Source: a virus (lineage: Duplodnaviria > Caudoviricetes). From it: 38,271 bases of DNA. Location: positions 1 to 38,271 of IMG/VR virus record IMGVR_UViG_3300020174_000028; one strand, written 5' to 3'. Below are positions 27,266 to 35,759 of the stretch, piece by piece (within the stretch, counting starts at the first letter, position 1; each line of letters begins with the position of its first letter). A program made the translations under genes and the position numbers. A model generated the notes under the pieces. That model saw only the letters and a program-made list of their open reading frames with translations, was not told where the DNA came from and did no database searches.

Positions 27266-27999
27266 TAATACAATCAAATAAGATAATTAATGGAGTCAAT
27301 CTCAACACTCCGCCACTTCCAAGTCCGCCCAAATATGTCGATCTTTATGAACGACCCGAGTGTCTTTCGGTTGTTTGTGTGTGGTGGGGAGATCTCTATG
27401 GAATCGACTATGTTCAAAAACTTTACAATTCTGTAAAGAGAAACCTTTCGATTCCTCATCAGTTCTATTGTATCACCGAACACGATCATGTACCAGAGGG
27501 AGTTCAAAAGATACAGACACCGAACACTTCAAAGGGATGGTGGCAGAAAGTGAATCTCTTTCAGCCCGGTCTCTTTCCAAAGGAAGCTAGAATACTTTAC
27601 CTCGACCTCGATGTTGTGATCACCGATTCGATTGATTCGATAGCATCCTCTTCGGGAGAGTTTGTGATGATTGAGAACTTTGGGCCAAACAAAAGACACG
27701 CTGCTCACAACTCTTCTCTTCTTCTTTGGAATCCCACAGATCTCACAGAAACCATTTTCAATGCATTTAATCAGGAGGTTACTTTTGAACTGCATGGAGA
27801 TCAGTGTTGGATTTGGCGAGTGATGGGCCCGCATATCACCAATTTTCGAAAGGATCTGGTTGATAGTTACAAGTACGCCAAAAGACTGGAGTGGAAACGA
27901 AGTCGTGTGGATAAACCATACTCTCCGATTATGATCTTTCACGGAAATCCAAAGCCGCATGAGTGTGGTGATGCTTGGGTCAAACAATACTGGGTTTAA
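27262..27999 (+). CDS. GT-A fold glycosyltransferase
   Basis: VCVWWG..Y..DYV..LY..VKRNL, WWQK, LYLDLDVVI, NSS, GDQ, FHGNPKP. Confidence 0.85.
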   Translation: MIIQSNKIINGVNLNTPPLPSPPKYVDLYERPECLSVVCVWWGDLYGIDYVQKLYNSVKRNLSIPHQFYCITEHDHVPEGVQKIQTPNTSKGWWQKVNLFQPGLFPKEARILYLDLDVVITDSIDSIASSSGEFVMIENFGPNKRHAAHNSSLLLWNPTDLTETIFNAFNQEVTFELHGDQCWIWRVMGPHITNFRKDLVDSYKYAKRLEWKRSRVDKPYSPIMIFHGNPKPHECGDAWVKQYWV

Positions 28000-28053
28000 T
28001 TTACATCTTTTTTACACAAATATCCTTGACTTTCCCCCTGTTTCTGTTAGAGT
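28000..28053 (+). promoter_or_regulatory. early promoter with TTTACA repeat
   Basis: TTTACATCTTTTTTACAC upstream, TTGACT-16nt-TAGAGT. Confidence 0.7.
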
Positions 28054-28059
28054 ATGATA

Positions 28060-28338
28060 ATGAGAAAAATATCAAACAAGTCTGCAAAAACAGCATTGAA
28101 AAGGTATGAGAAAAAGTATGCGGATACCAGTCCCCTTTATGGTGACTTTGATAAGAGAATCCGATTGAGACGAATAGTTTTGGGTTACGAAACTCTAATT
28201 AAATGCATTGATCGTTTGAGCTGGGTTATCGATACCGAGTTTGTGGAAGGAGATGATTTCAAAAAGGAGAGATACGATGACTGGAAAGATCGAATCTCGA
28301 AAGTTGAAGATCATATCGCTTGGTGCAAAGCCCATTAA
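28060..28338 (+). CDS. hypothetical protein (start 28060 preferred over 28054)
   Basis: Second Met lies 6 nt after the -10 hexamer, as at the other promoters. Confidence 0.65.
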   Translation: MRKISNKSAKTALKRYEKKYADTSPLYGDFDKRIRLRRIVLGYETLIKCIDRLSWVIDTEFVEGDDFKKERYDDWKDRISKVEDHIAWCKAH

Positions 28339-28353
28339 TTTACAAATTTTATA

Positions 28354-28524
28354 ATGAAAATACTAGCATATACAATTATGACAATGTTCGCCGAAGTCTT
28401 AACCTTCATTGGAGCCCTCATTTGGAACTACGATCTCATGTGGTTGTTTCTTCCGGTGGGTCTTCTGAACGCCTTCTTGATTGGGGCACTCGTCTTTGGA
28501 ACCATTTCGAATCGTAATAAATAA
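28354..28524 (+). CDS. small two-TM membrane protein, absent from the ORF track
   Basis: Hand translation MKILAYTIMTMFAEVLTFIGALIWNYDLMWLFLPVGLLNAFLIGALVFGTISNRNK; fits the gap exactly. Confidence 0.6.
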   Translation: MKILAYTIMTMFAEVLTFIGALIWNYDLMWLFLPVGLLNAFLIGALVFGTISNRNK

Positions 28525-28528
28525 AACC

Positions 28529-28708
28529 ATGAGAAAGTTAGTAATAGACTCATTAGCAAGTCTTACCATCATAGTATTTTTCTTACCTCTGATGGTATGT
28601 TGTATGTTCGTTGCGGCGTGTGAATTTGCAGTCACATGGCCTAAACAGATAATTGAAATTGTGAACGTTCATTATGGTAACGATGCAGGGGAAGATACTC
28701 AGGTCTAA
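28529..28708 (+). CDS. small membrane protein
   Basis: ATG at 28529; long hydrophobic segment. Confidence 0.55.
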   Translation: MRKLVIDSLASLTIIVFFLPLMVCCMFVAACEFAVTWPKQIIEIVNVHYGNDAGEDTQV

Positions 28709-29126
28709 ATTCAGTGAAACAAAACTTTGGAATAAGTATCCTGTTCAAGTTCTACCAATACAGGATATTTACATCTCATGTCCAAAGACCGAAACTCTAA
28801 GAGGTAAACCGTTCTATAAACTTCTCCTCGAAGACATAGAACGTGATGGTTTACACTTTCCGATTCTTGTTTCAAATCCAACTCTTGTTGAACTTCGAAA
28901 AAAGAAGAAACAATATAATAAGCGTATGGAGCCTTTGCCTGAATGGAAGGATGGTTTGGATGAAAACATGCAAAGACAATGGACTGTTTGGGGTGGATCT
29001 CAAAGGATTCGAGTAGCGATTGATCTTGGTTACACTCATATCGATTGTGCGATCATTCCAACACTGGACGAAGCAAGAACACTTCAGGGTAAGATGCGAG
29101 CCCCCTTTCAAAAGAGATACTATTGA
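28674..29126 (+). CDS. ParB/Srx-like N-terminal domain protein
   Basis: IERDGLHFPILV...VWGGSQRIRVA..LG..HIDC. Confidence 0.65.
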   Translation: MVTMQGKILRSKFSETKLWNKYPVQVLPIQDIYISCPKTETLRGKPFYKLLLEDIERDGLHFPILVSNPTLVELRKKKKQYNKRMEPLPEWKDGLDENMQRQWTVWGGSQRIRVAIDLGYTHIDCAIIPTLDEARTLQGKMRAPFQKRYY

Positions 29127-29476
29127 TGAAAAACGGAAAAATTTGGGGACAAACCGAACTCATACACGCGAATGGTGTATTGGAGTTTCATCGAATTGAA
29201 TTCAAGGCGGGATACAAATGTTCTGAACATGAACATGCCTACAAATGGAATGGATTTTATGTTGAGTCCGGTCGAATGTTGGTTCGAGTTTGGCAAGATG
29301 ACGATCAGAAAGGATTGGTAGACGAAACAATTTTAGAAGCAGGTGACTTCACTCAGGTAAAACCGGGCAAGGTTCATCAGTTCGAAGGACTCGAAGATGG
29401 AGTTGCGTTTGAACTTTACTGGGCAGAATTTTCACACAACGACATAATAAGAAGAACGATAGGAACTAAAGTATGA
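29123..29476 (+). CDS. cupin-domain protein
   Basis: KIWG, CSEHEH..K.NGFYVESG, VKPGKVHQF, FE. Confidence 0.85.
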   Translation: MMKNGKIWGQTELIHANGVLEFHRIEFKAGYKCSEHEHAYKWNGFYVESGRMLVRVWQDDDQKGLVDETILEAGDFTQVKPGKVHQFEGLEDGVAFELYWAEFSHNDIIRRTIGTKV

Positions 29477-29619
29477 GTAAACGAGCATTAAAGAATAGGA
29501 GTAAGACAGGCGGAGCTGGAAAGACAATTGGAAGGTCGCGAGGCCCACTTGTTTGGTGTGAAGAATTGAATCGAAAGACCACTCCAAAGGTGATTGAAGC
29601 AATTCAAAAGAATAAATAA
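29473..29619 (+). CDS. small basic hypothetical protein, absent from the ORF track
   Basis: ATGA overlap; 48 aa starting MSKRALKNRSKTGG. Confidence 0.45.
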   Translation: MSKRALKNRSKTGGAGKTIGRSRGPLVWCEELNRKTTPKVIEAIQKNK

Positions 29620-29623
29620 ACAC

Positions 29624-29890
29624 ATGGCAGACGAAGAATTTTTTGATTTCGGTTTTACAGCCGTAACCGAGGAGGAGCTAGATGTGGTTCAGAAAGCCGC
29701 ATCGACTGCTCAGGAATCGGAAGCAACGGCACAAAGTGTTCAAGATAAGATTGATCGCTTATATAACGCAATACAACCTTTGCTCAACAATCTCAAAGCG
29801 AATCCAGAAAAAGAGTATATCTACTGGCCTAATCGCATGGATAAAGTTGAGCAATTCGAAACATACCTACAAAAAATATACAAATCATGA
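29624..29890 (+). CDS. conserved hypothetical protein
   Basis: FDFGFTAV.EEEL...LY.AI.PLLNNL..NPEKEYIYWPNR; AATAAATA 5 nt upstream. Confidence 0.75.
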   Translation: MADEEFFDFGFTAVTEEELDVVQKAASTAQESEATAQSVQDKIDRLYNAIQPLLNNLKANPEKEYIYWPNRMDKVEQFETYLQKIYKS

Positions 29891-30099
29891 TTATAGATAT
29901 ATTAATATTCATCGCTGGTGTTATTGGTGGTGCATTGATTACCTTGAACAATACTCGTAAAGTTCGTGCTATTGCCAACAAATTGGAAGAAGAAGCACAA
30001 GAACTTCGCGAAAAGGTTGAGAAGGAGATCAAGAGTCGTCGTAAACCAAAGACGAAAACTGCAAAGAAGCAGGTTCGAACAACTCCTCCGCGAGTATAA
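29887..30099 (+). CDS. small protein with N-terminal TM helix and basic tail
   Basis: Hydrophobic N-terminus, coiled coil, Lys-rich end. Confidence 0.7.
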   Translation: MIIDILIFIAGVIGGALITLNNTRKVRAIANKLEEEAQELREKVEKEIKSRRKPKTKTAKKQVRTTPPRV

Positions 30100-30122
30100 C
30101 AATTTCGTCATCGAAGATAGAG

Positions 30123-30155
30123 CTCCCGTTTAGATTCGTCTGAACGGGAGTTTTT
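30123..30155 (+). terminator. intrinsic terminator with UUCG loop
   Basis: CTCCCGTTTAGA-TTCG-TCTGAACGGGAG-TTTTT. Confidence 0.85.
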
Positions 30156-30156
30156 A

Positions 30157-30164
30157 TATAAATA
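30157..30164 (+). promoter_or_regulatory. T4-type late promoter for the curli-like operon
   Basis: TATAAATA immediately after the terminator. Confidence 0.8.
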
Positions 30165-30177
30165 GACTCAGATCATC

Positions 30178-30456
30178 ATGGACTTTTTAACATTAGTATC
30201 TGAAGTTGGTTTTCCTATCGCCGGAGCGATTGCGGCAGGTGGATTTGTGTTCCTTACACTGAAATTCATTCTGGCTGGTGTTACCGGAAGTGTCACCACA
30301 CTCAAAAACATCATAGGACAACTTGATAATCGGGTACAAACAATGAATAATGATCTCATTAAGATCGATGCTCTTTTGAGTTATGTTCTCGGTGTGAAGG
30401 CAAACATTGATCGTATTGCTGCTAACGAAGGAAAAGAGGACGCAAGGAGAGACTAA
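30178..30456 (+). CDS. small membrane protein, paralog 1
   Basis: VSEVGFPIAGA TM helix followed by LDNRVQTMNNDLIKID coiled coil. Confidence 0.8.
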   Translation: MDFLTLVSEVGFPIAGAIAAGGFVFLTLKFILAGVTGSVTTLKNIIGQLDNRVQTMNNDLIKIDALLSYVLGVKANIDRIAANEGKEDARRD

Positions 30457-30785
30457 TGAATATAGCAGAAGCAATTAAAGACTTTGGATTTCCGATTGTT
30501 GCGGCAATGGGTATGGGATACTTCATTCTGTATATTTGGCGTTGGGTGACAGAAACGATCAATCCCGTTATTGGTGAAACAATGGGGACTCTCATTAAGT
30601 TGGTGGATCGTATTCGAATGTTAGACAACGACATGATTCGAATCAATATGAAACTATCGATGGTGTTGGAACACAAGGGAGTTTTGGATGAAACTCTGAA
30701 TAAAGAGCAGAAAGAGGTTCTGAACGATTTGATCAGTCGATATCAGTCAAAGAGCCAAACCTTTAATAGCACAGGAGAAGAATGA
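30456..30785 (+). CDS. small membrane protein, paralog 2
   Basis: IKDFGFPIVAA TM helix followed by LVDRIRMLDNDMIRIN coiled coil. Confidence 0.8.
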   Translation: MNIAEAIKDFGFPIVAAMGMGYFILYIWRWVTETINPVIGETMGTLIKLVDRIRMLDNDMIRINMKLSMVLEHKGVLDETLNKEQKEVLNDLISRYQSKSQTFNSTGEE

Positions 30786-31240
30786 GATACCTAGTAGTTT
30801 TACTTTTCATCACAACATTACAGGGAAGTGAGTTTGTGCATCAGTTTAAGAATCCGGCCTTCTCGGGTGTTGGATATGCTCAACATGTGATCACTATCGA
30901 AAACCAAGAGTTCACTCGTCGAGAATCAAAGAGAAAGGCGGCAGAAGCGGCACTCGCAAAGGCGGTACGAGACACAAAGAATACCAACCTTTCGAAGTTC
31001 ATGAATAACCTTGAGTCTCGGGTTTATGCAACTCTTTCGGCAAAGTTAGTTGAGACGATGTTTGGATCGGACACAGCCGAGGCACAGAACTCGGGCATCA
31101 TTTCTTTTGAAGGTAATACGATATCGTATCAGAAACTCATCGATACGATTCAACTGACGGTACAGGATGTCGAGGGAACAACCACTATTGTTGATATTCC
31201 AATCGCAGGCATTGTGATACCAACTGCTGGTGGAGGTTAA
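30782..31240 (+). CDS. csgF: curli assembly protein CsgF
   Basis: Signal peptide then FVHQFKNPAFSG (CsgF NPxFGG-like); F..NLESRVYA.LS..L; directly upstream of csgG. Confidence 0.85.
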   Translation: MRYLVVLLFITTLQGSEFVHQFKNPAFSGVGYAQHVITIENQEFTRRESKRKAAEAALAKAVRDTKNTNLSKFMNNLESRVYATLSAKLVETMFGSDTAEAQNSGIISFEGNTISYQKLIDTIQLTVQDVEGTTTIVDIPIAGIVIPTAGGG

Positions 31241-32010
31241 TGAGATATCTATGCACAATATTGTTACTACTTACATCATGTGCAACAATTGAAAAACGGT
31301 CTTTTCCAAGTGAGAGACCAAACGAGTTCTCGGAGGCGAGGAATCAGTACGATCTGAGATCCATTGATCCGCCAAAGAGAGGTGAACCATTGGTGGTGGC
31401 AGTCTACTCATTTCGCGATCTCACCGGACAAAAGAAGAGCAGTGATATGGGAATGTCACTCTCAACTATTGTTACTCAGGGTGCCGAGACCTATCTAATT
31501 AAGTCTTTACAGGAGGCCGGAAATGGTACATGGTTTCGAGTTGTAGAACGAATCGGTATTGACAACCTTGTTCGCGAACGACAGATCATTTTATCCGAAA
31601 GACAGAAGGCCAACGCTCCTGATGTTTTGGCGCCTATGCTCTTTGCGGGTGTCATTATGGAGGGTGGTATTGTCGGTTACGAAACAAACTACGAGTCCGG
31701 TGGTGAAGGAGCTCGGTATCTTGGAATAGGTGCAAGTACGGAGTATCGCCGTGACAAGGTAATCATTTCACTGAGAATGGTATCAGTTTCAACCGGAGAA
31801 ATATTAATCACGGTGTTGGTAGAGAAAAATATACTTTCGGTAAGAAGAGGTATTGATACATTTGTCATTTTTGACACAACATCAAGAGCTCTGGAGACTG
31901 AAATCGGAATGGCGAAGAATGAATCAATTAATAAGGCCATAAAACTCGCTATCAACGAGGGAATTCTAATACTTATTGAGGATGGTAAGAAATTGGGTTA
32001 TTTCGAATAA
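31240..32010 (+). CDS. csgG: curli secretion channel lipoprotein CsgG
   Basis: Lipobox LTSC; VAVYSFRDLTGQ, VTQGA, WFRVVER.G..NL..ERQII, EGGIVGYE, GARYLGIGA..EYR.D, STGEIL. Confidence 0.93.
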   Translation: MRYLCTILLLLTSCATIEKRSFPSERPNEFSEARNQYDLRSIDPPKRGEPLVVAVYSFRDLTGQKKSSDMGMSLSTIVTQGAETYLIKSLQEAGNGTWFRVVERIGIDNLVRERQIILSERQKANAPDVLAPMLFAGVIMEGGIVGYETNYESGGEGARYLGIGASTEYRRDKVIISLRMVSVSTGEILITVLVEKNILSVRRGIDTFVIFDTTSRALETEIGMAKNESINKAIKLAINEGILILIEDGKKLGYFE

Positions 32011-32018
32011 GAGTATGG

Positions 32019-32026
32019 TATAAATA
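32019..32026 (+). promoter_or_regulatory. internal T4-type late promoter before the curlin-like gene
   Basis: TATAAATA followed by RBS-like GAAAGG. Confidence 0.8.
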
Positions 32027-32043
32027 GACAAGAAAGGCAAACT

Positions 32044-32721
32044 ATGAAAAAAGTCACATTTACATTGATGACTTTTATCATGTTCTTATTTAATGCTGCA
32101 GCGAATGAAATATATATAAAACAAATATCCGGAACCAGCAGTTCCGTAACAATATCGCAATCAGGTACAGGAAACACGATTGGAGATTCAACCGCAACCA
32201 CTCCAACCGTAGACATAGACGGAAACAGTCAAACAATCGTTATTGATCAGGGAGGTAGTAACAACTCACTGACTGGTTATCTCAAAGGATCAAACTCTAA
32301 CTACACCATTGATTTGACGGGTTCGTCAAACACTCAGACAATCAATCTGAACGCAACATCGTCAACATTTGACTTTAATGCAACCGGAAGTACGAATGAT
32401 TTAACATTCAATGCGGGTGCTGTTTCACAGATCGATAACCTGAATTTTGATGCTCTGATCGTTGGTGATTCAAACACATTTGATATTGACATTCTTGGAG
32501 ATGATGTAGTGGATGATATCGATATAGACGGAGACTCTAACGATATAACAATCGATCAAGCGGCGTTTACGGCTGGTGTAACCAATGGTCACATGATTAC
32601 GCTTGATGTAACGGGTGATTCCAATACCATAACACTTGATCAACAAGCAACCACTACTCAGAACATCATTGAGCTTGAGATCAATGGAAGTTCGGGCACG
32701 TGGAGCGTTACGCAGCAGTAA
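32044..32721 (+). CDS. secreted curlin-like (CsgA/CsgB-like) repeat protein
   Basis: Signal peptide; Ser/Thr/Asn/Gly/Asp-rich ~22-aa repeats with IxQxG and GxSN turns; follows csgG. Confidence 0.8.
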   Translation: MKKVTFTLMTFIMFLFNAAANEIYIKQISGTSSSVTISQSGTGNTIGDSTATTPTVDIDGNSQTIVIDQGGSNNSLTGYLKGSNSNYTIDLTGSSNTQTINLNATSSTFDFNATGSTNDLTFNAGAVSQIDNLNFDALIVGDSNTFDIDILGDDVVDDIDIDGDSNDITIDQAAFTAGVTNGHMITLDVTGDSNTITLDQQATTTQNIIELEINGSSGTWSVTQQ

Positions 32722-33755
32722 TTCTATTTCTTCTTCTTTCGACTTCAGCATTAGGTAAAACTATCGGAGAAGTCACCTATCTCAAAGGTGATGGTATGTT
32801 GAGTCGTTTGAAGGAGGAGTATGAACTTGCCGAGAAGTTAGGAGTAGAGTCAGACGATCTCATCGAAACCGGAAATGGTCTTACGAGTATCACCTTTGAG
32901 GACAAGACTCAGGTAAGAATCAAGGAGAACTCAAAGTTGGTGATCGATGATTTCGTCTATGATACGAAACCAAAGTCGGTCAATCGTCTGGCTCTAAAAG
33001 TGGCAATTGGCACGGTTCGATACGCCAGTGGAGGAATTGCAAAAAATAATTCAAAAGATGTTGACATACAAACTCCGGTTGCGACAATCGCCGTTCGTGG
33101 TACAGAGTTTTCGATGGTCGTCAATGAGATCGGAGGTTCAACAGTGATACTTCTACCGAACTTCGATGGAACGGTAGGAGAGATCGAGGTGATTACTCTG
33201 GCCGGATCGGTGGTGATGAATCAACCCTTTATGGCGACTCATGTGGATAGCGCCAACAGTATGCCAACAAGACCAGTTGTGTTGGACATCACCGAAGACA
33301 TGATCTCAAATCAATTGATCGTCTCTACACCGGCCGAGCTCATGGACGCAGAAGAAGACGTTGAAAAGGCGGTGAATAACATACTGGACATAGACTTTTT
33401 AGAGTTCAAAGAACTTGACATTAATCAACTTGATAGTGATGAGTTGGAGTTCAATGCGCTCGATATCAATTTACTTGATGTGGATTTTCTCATCAATCTA
33501 CTTGATACAATACAACTCGTTGCGGATGCAATTACGACAGACACAACCGAAAGAGTTGGATTTGACGAAGAAACACAAACATTTGGAATAGTGGATCGTA
33601 ACGAAGGAACTCAAACGATTCAACGATTCGTTGGAGGAGACATATCAATCACCTATCCTCTTGGACTTGCTCCGACCATAAATATTAATCAGTATGGACA
33701 AGAGGCCATACTTAATCTAGGAAACGACAATGAGTTCTATATTGAACAAAATTAA
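32700..33755 (+). CDS. periplasmic FecR-domain protein with acidic linker
   Basis: Signal peptide; IETG...ITFED.TQVRI.ENS.L.ID...G.VRY...TPVATIAVRGTEF. Confidence 0.88.
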   Translation: MERYAAVILFLLLSTSALGKTIGEVTYLKGDGMLSRLKEEYELAEKLGVESDDLIETGNGLTSITFEDKTQVRIKENSKLVIDDFVYDTKPKSVNRLALKVAIGTVRYASGGIAKNNSKDVDIQTPVATIAVRGTEFSMVVNEIGGSTVILLPNFDGTVGEIEVITLAGSVVMNQPFMATHVDSANSMPTRPVVLDITEDMISNQLIVSTPAELMDAEEDVEKAVNNILDIDFLEFKELDINQLDSDELEFNALDINLLDVDFLINLLDTIQLVADAITTDTTERVGFDEETQTFGIVDRNEGTQTIQRFVGGDISITYPLGLAPTININQYGQEAILNLGNDNEFYIEQN

Positions 33756-35742
33756 ATCTCCGATTGTATCACTTTTGTTATTGACTGCAATTGGAGTAGC
33801 AAACTTCGATGTGATCGAGTCTTTTCGATTAAGATTCTTCGATCTCATCATAACCGAAGTTCCAAGAGAGATCGAACCAAGTCAAATTGTTTCGATTGAC
33901 ATTGGAGACGATACAATAGCTCGATTGGGTCAATTTCCCTTTCCAAGAAACGAGTATGCACAGATCATTGAGACTCTTTATCTCAACGGAGCAGGTTTGG
34001 TGGTATTCAATATCGCTATGACTGAGCCGGATCGATTTGGACAGGACGAGTTCCTTGCGACGGCAATTGAAGGAATGCCGGTGGTTCTTCCGTATCTTGT
34101 TGGAAACTCGGATTACACACCAGATCCAATTGGTGTGTCAATGATCGGAGATGTGGATCCAAACGATGTGGTGCCAAGATTCTCGGGTATTATACCAAAT
34201 GTGGAGCCAATACAGAGTGCGGCGTTTGGTAAGGGAATATCGGTCACTATGCCGGAGTTGGATGGAGTGGTTCGAAGATTGCCGATGGTCATATCGGTCA
34301 ATGATGAACTCTATCCTTCAATCGTACTTGAAACACTTCGAGTCGCGGCCGGGGATCCTTCTTTTCAAATCAAAACAAATATTGGCGGAGTAGAAGCGGT
34401 TCGTATACCAAGTTTCTCTACTATCGAAACGGATCCTTTGAGTCGTGTTTGGATCGACTGGCAACAACCTGTTGAGTCAATTGACTTCGAGGATGTCAAA
34501 GACGGAGTTCTGAATGGTCGAATCGCAATCGTTGGTATGACGGCGGGTGGTATTACGAATCCAGTCGCTAGCGCTCTTGGAGAAGTCTTTCCGCATCATG
34601 TACAGTCTATGGCACTCTCTACTGCGATCAGTGGAACTAACATCTCACGGCCGGACTGGATGTATGCCGCAGAAATCGGTGGAATGATTCTTCTCTCTCT
34701 TCTCTGTTTGATTGTTTCTCGCTACTGGACTCACGGATATGTCTTTCCGATAGTTCTTGGTGCGATCTCGGGTTTGGGAGTGGTTCATATCTTTCTTCGC
34801 GAACAACTGTTGATTGATGTGGTATTTCCATTGATTGGTCTCTCGGTGGTGGTAGGACACAACTATGTGGTCAAGTTTTTGACAGAACTGAAATTGAAAC
34901 TTCAGATCAAAAAGCAGTTTGGCACTTATCTCTCGCCCGCGTTGGTTGAGAAACTTCAAAAGAATCCCGAGCTTCTACGACTTGGAGGTGAGACAAGAGA
35001 CCTCTCCATACTCTTTACGGATGTAAGAGGATTCACTGCGATCTCAGAACACTATGGTGAGAATGTTCAGGGCCTGACAATGATAATGAATCGATACATG
35101 ACGGCAATGACAGAACCTATTCTGAATAACGAAGGAACACTGGACAAGTACATTGGTGACGCACAGATGGCGTTTTGGAATGCTCCATTGGATCAGGTGG
35201 ATCATGCTATACGATCAGTGATTACCGCTCAAGAGATGCTTGAAAGGTTGGATCGTTTTAACGACGAGATTACGGCCGAAGGAATACCGGCGTTTGGTAT
35301 GGGTATTGGAATCAACACCGGAAGTGTGGTAGTCGGCAATATGGGATCAGATCAAAGGTTTGACTACACATGTCTTGGAGATAGTGTGAACCTTGCGGCT
35401 CGACTTGAAGGTCAATCAAAGAACTATGGAGTTCGTCTCATACTTGGAGAGAATACCGCCGAGGAAGTAAGGCACTTCGTGAGTCTCATGGAACTTGATT
35501 GCATCGCCGTCAAAGGAAAGACAAAGGGTGTAAAGGTGTACACTATTGGAAGGACTACCGAAGCACACCACAAACTTCTGAAACTTTACTATGCGGGTGA
35601 GTGGAAAGAAGCGCTTGAACTCATCGACTGGTGTATCAAGGAGACCGATCACCACGAGGAATACTATCGAATCATGGAAAAGAAACTTCGATTCGGTTGC
35701 CCCGACAATTGGGATGGAGTGAATCGATTGACTTCAAAATAA
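33730..35742 (+). CDS. CHASE2-domain class III adenylate cyclase
   Basis: CHASE2 motifs GQFPFPR, DGVVRR, PHHV; three TM helices; FTDVRGFT, DKYIGDA, YTCLGDSVNLAARLE. Confidence 0.95.
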   Translation: MSSILNKIKSPIVSLLLLTAIGVANFDVIESFRLRFFDLIITEVPREIEPSQIVSIDIGDDTIARLGQFPFPRNEYAQIIETLYLNGAGLVVFNIAMTEPDRFGQDEFLATAIEGMPVVLPYLVGNSDYTPDPIGVSMIGDVDPNDVVPRFSGIIPNVEPIQSAAFGKGISVTMPELDGVVRRLPMVISVNDELYPSIVLETLRVAAGDPSFQIKTNIGGVEAVRIPSFSTIETDPLSRVWIDWQQPVESIDFEDVKDGVLNGRIAIVGMTAGGITNPVASALGEVFPHHVQSMALSTAISGTNISRPDWMYAAEIGGMILLSLLCLIVSRYWTHGYVFPIVLGAISGLGVVHIFLREQLLIDVVFPLIGLSVVVGHNYVVKFLTELKLKLQIKKQFGTYLSPALVEKLQKNPELLRLGGETRDLSILFTDVRGFTAISEHYGENVQGLTMIMNRYMTAMTEPILNNEGTLDKYIGDAQMAFWNAPLDQVDHAIRSVITAQEMLERLDRFNDEITAEGIPAFGMGIGINTGSVVVGNMGSDQRFDYTCLGDSVNLAARLEGQSKNYGVRLILGENTAEEVRHFVSLMELDCIAVKGKTKGVKVYTIGRTTEAHHKLLKLYYAGEWKEALELIDWCIKETDHHEEYYRIMEKKLRFGCPDNWDGVNRLTSK

Positions 35743-35759
35743 ACTATAAATTATAGTAT

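Noticed and set aside
30178-35742. Curli/cyclase block as contaminating host DNA or a prophage boundary
   Set aside because: It is driven by phage-type TATAAATA promoters, has codon style like its neighbours and is flanked by phage genes; read-level confirmation is still advisable
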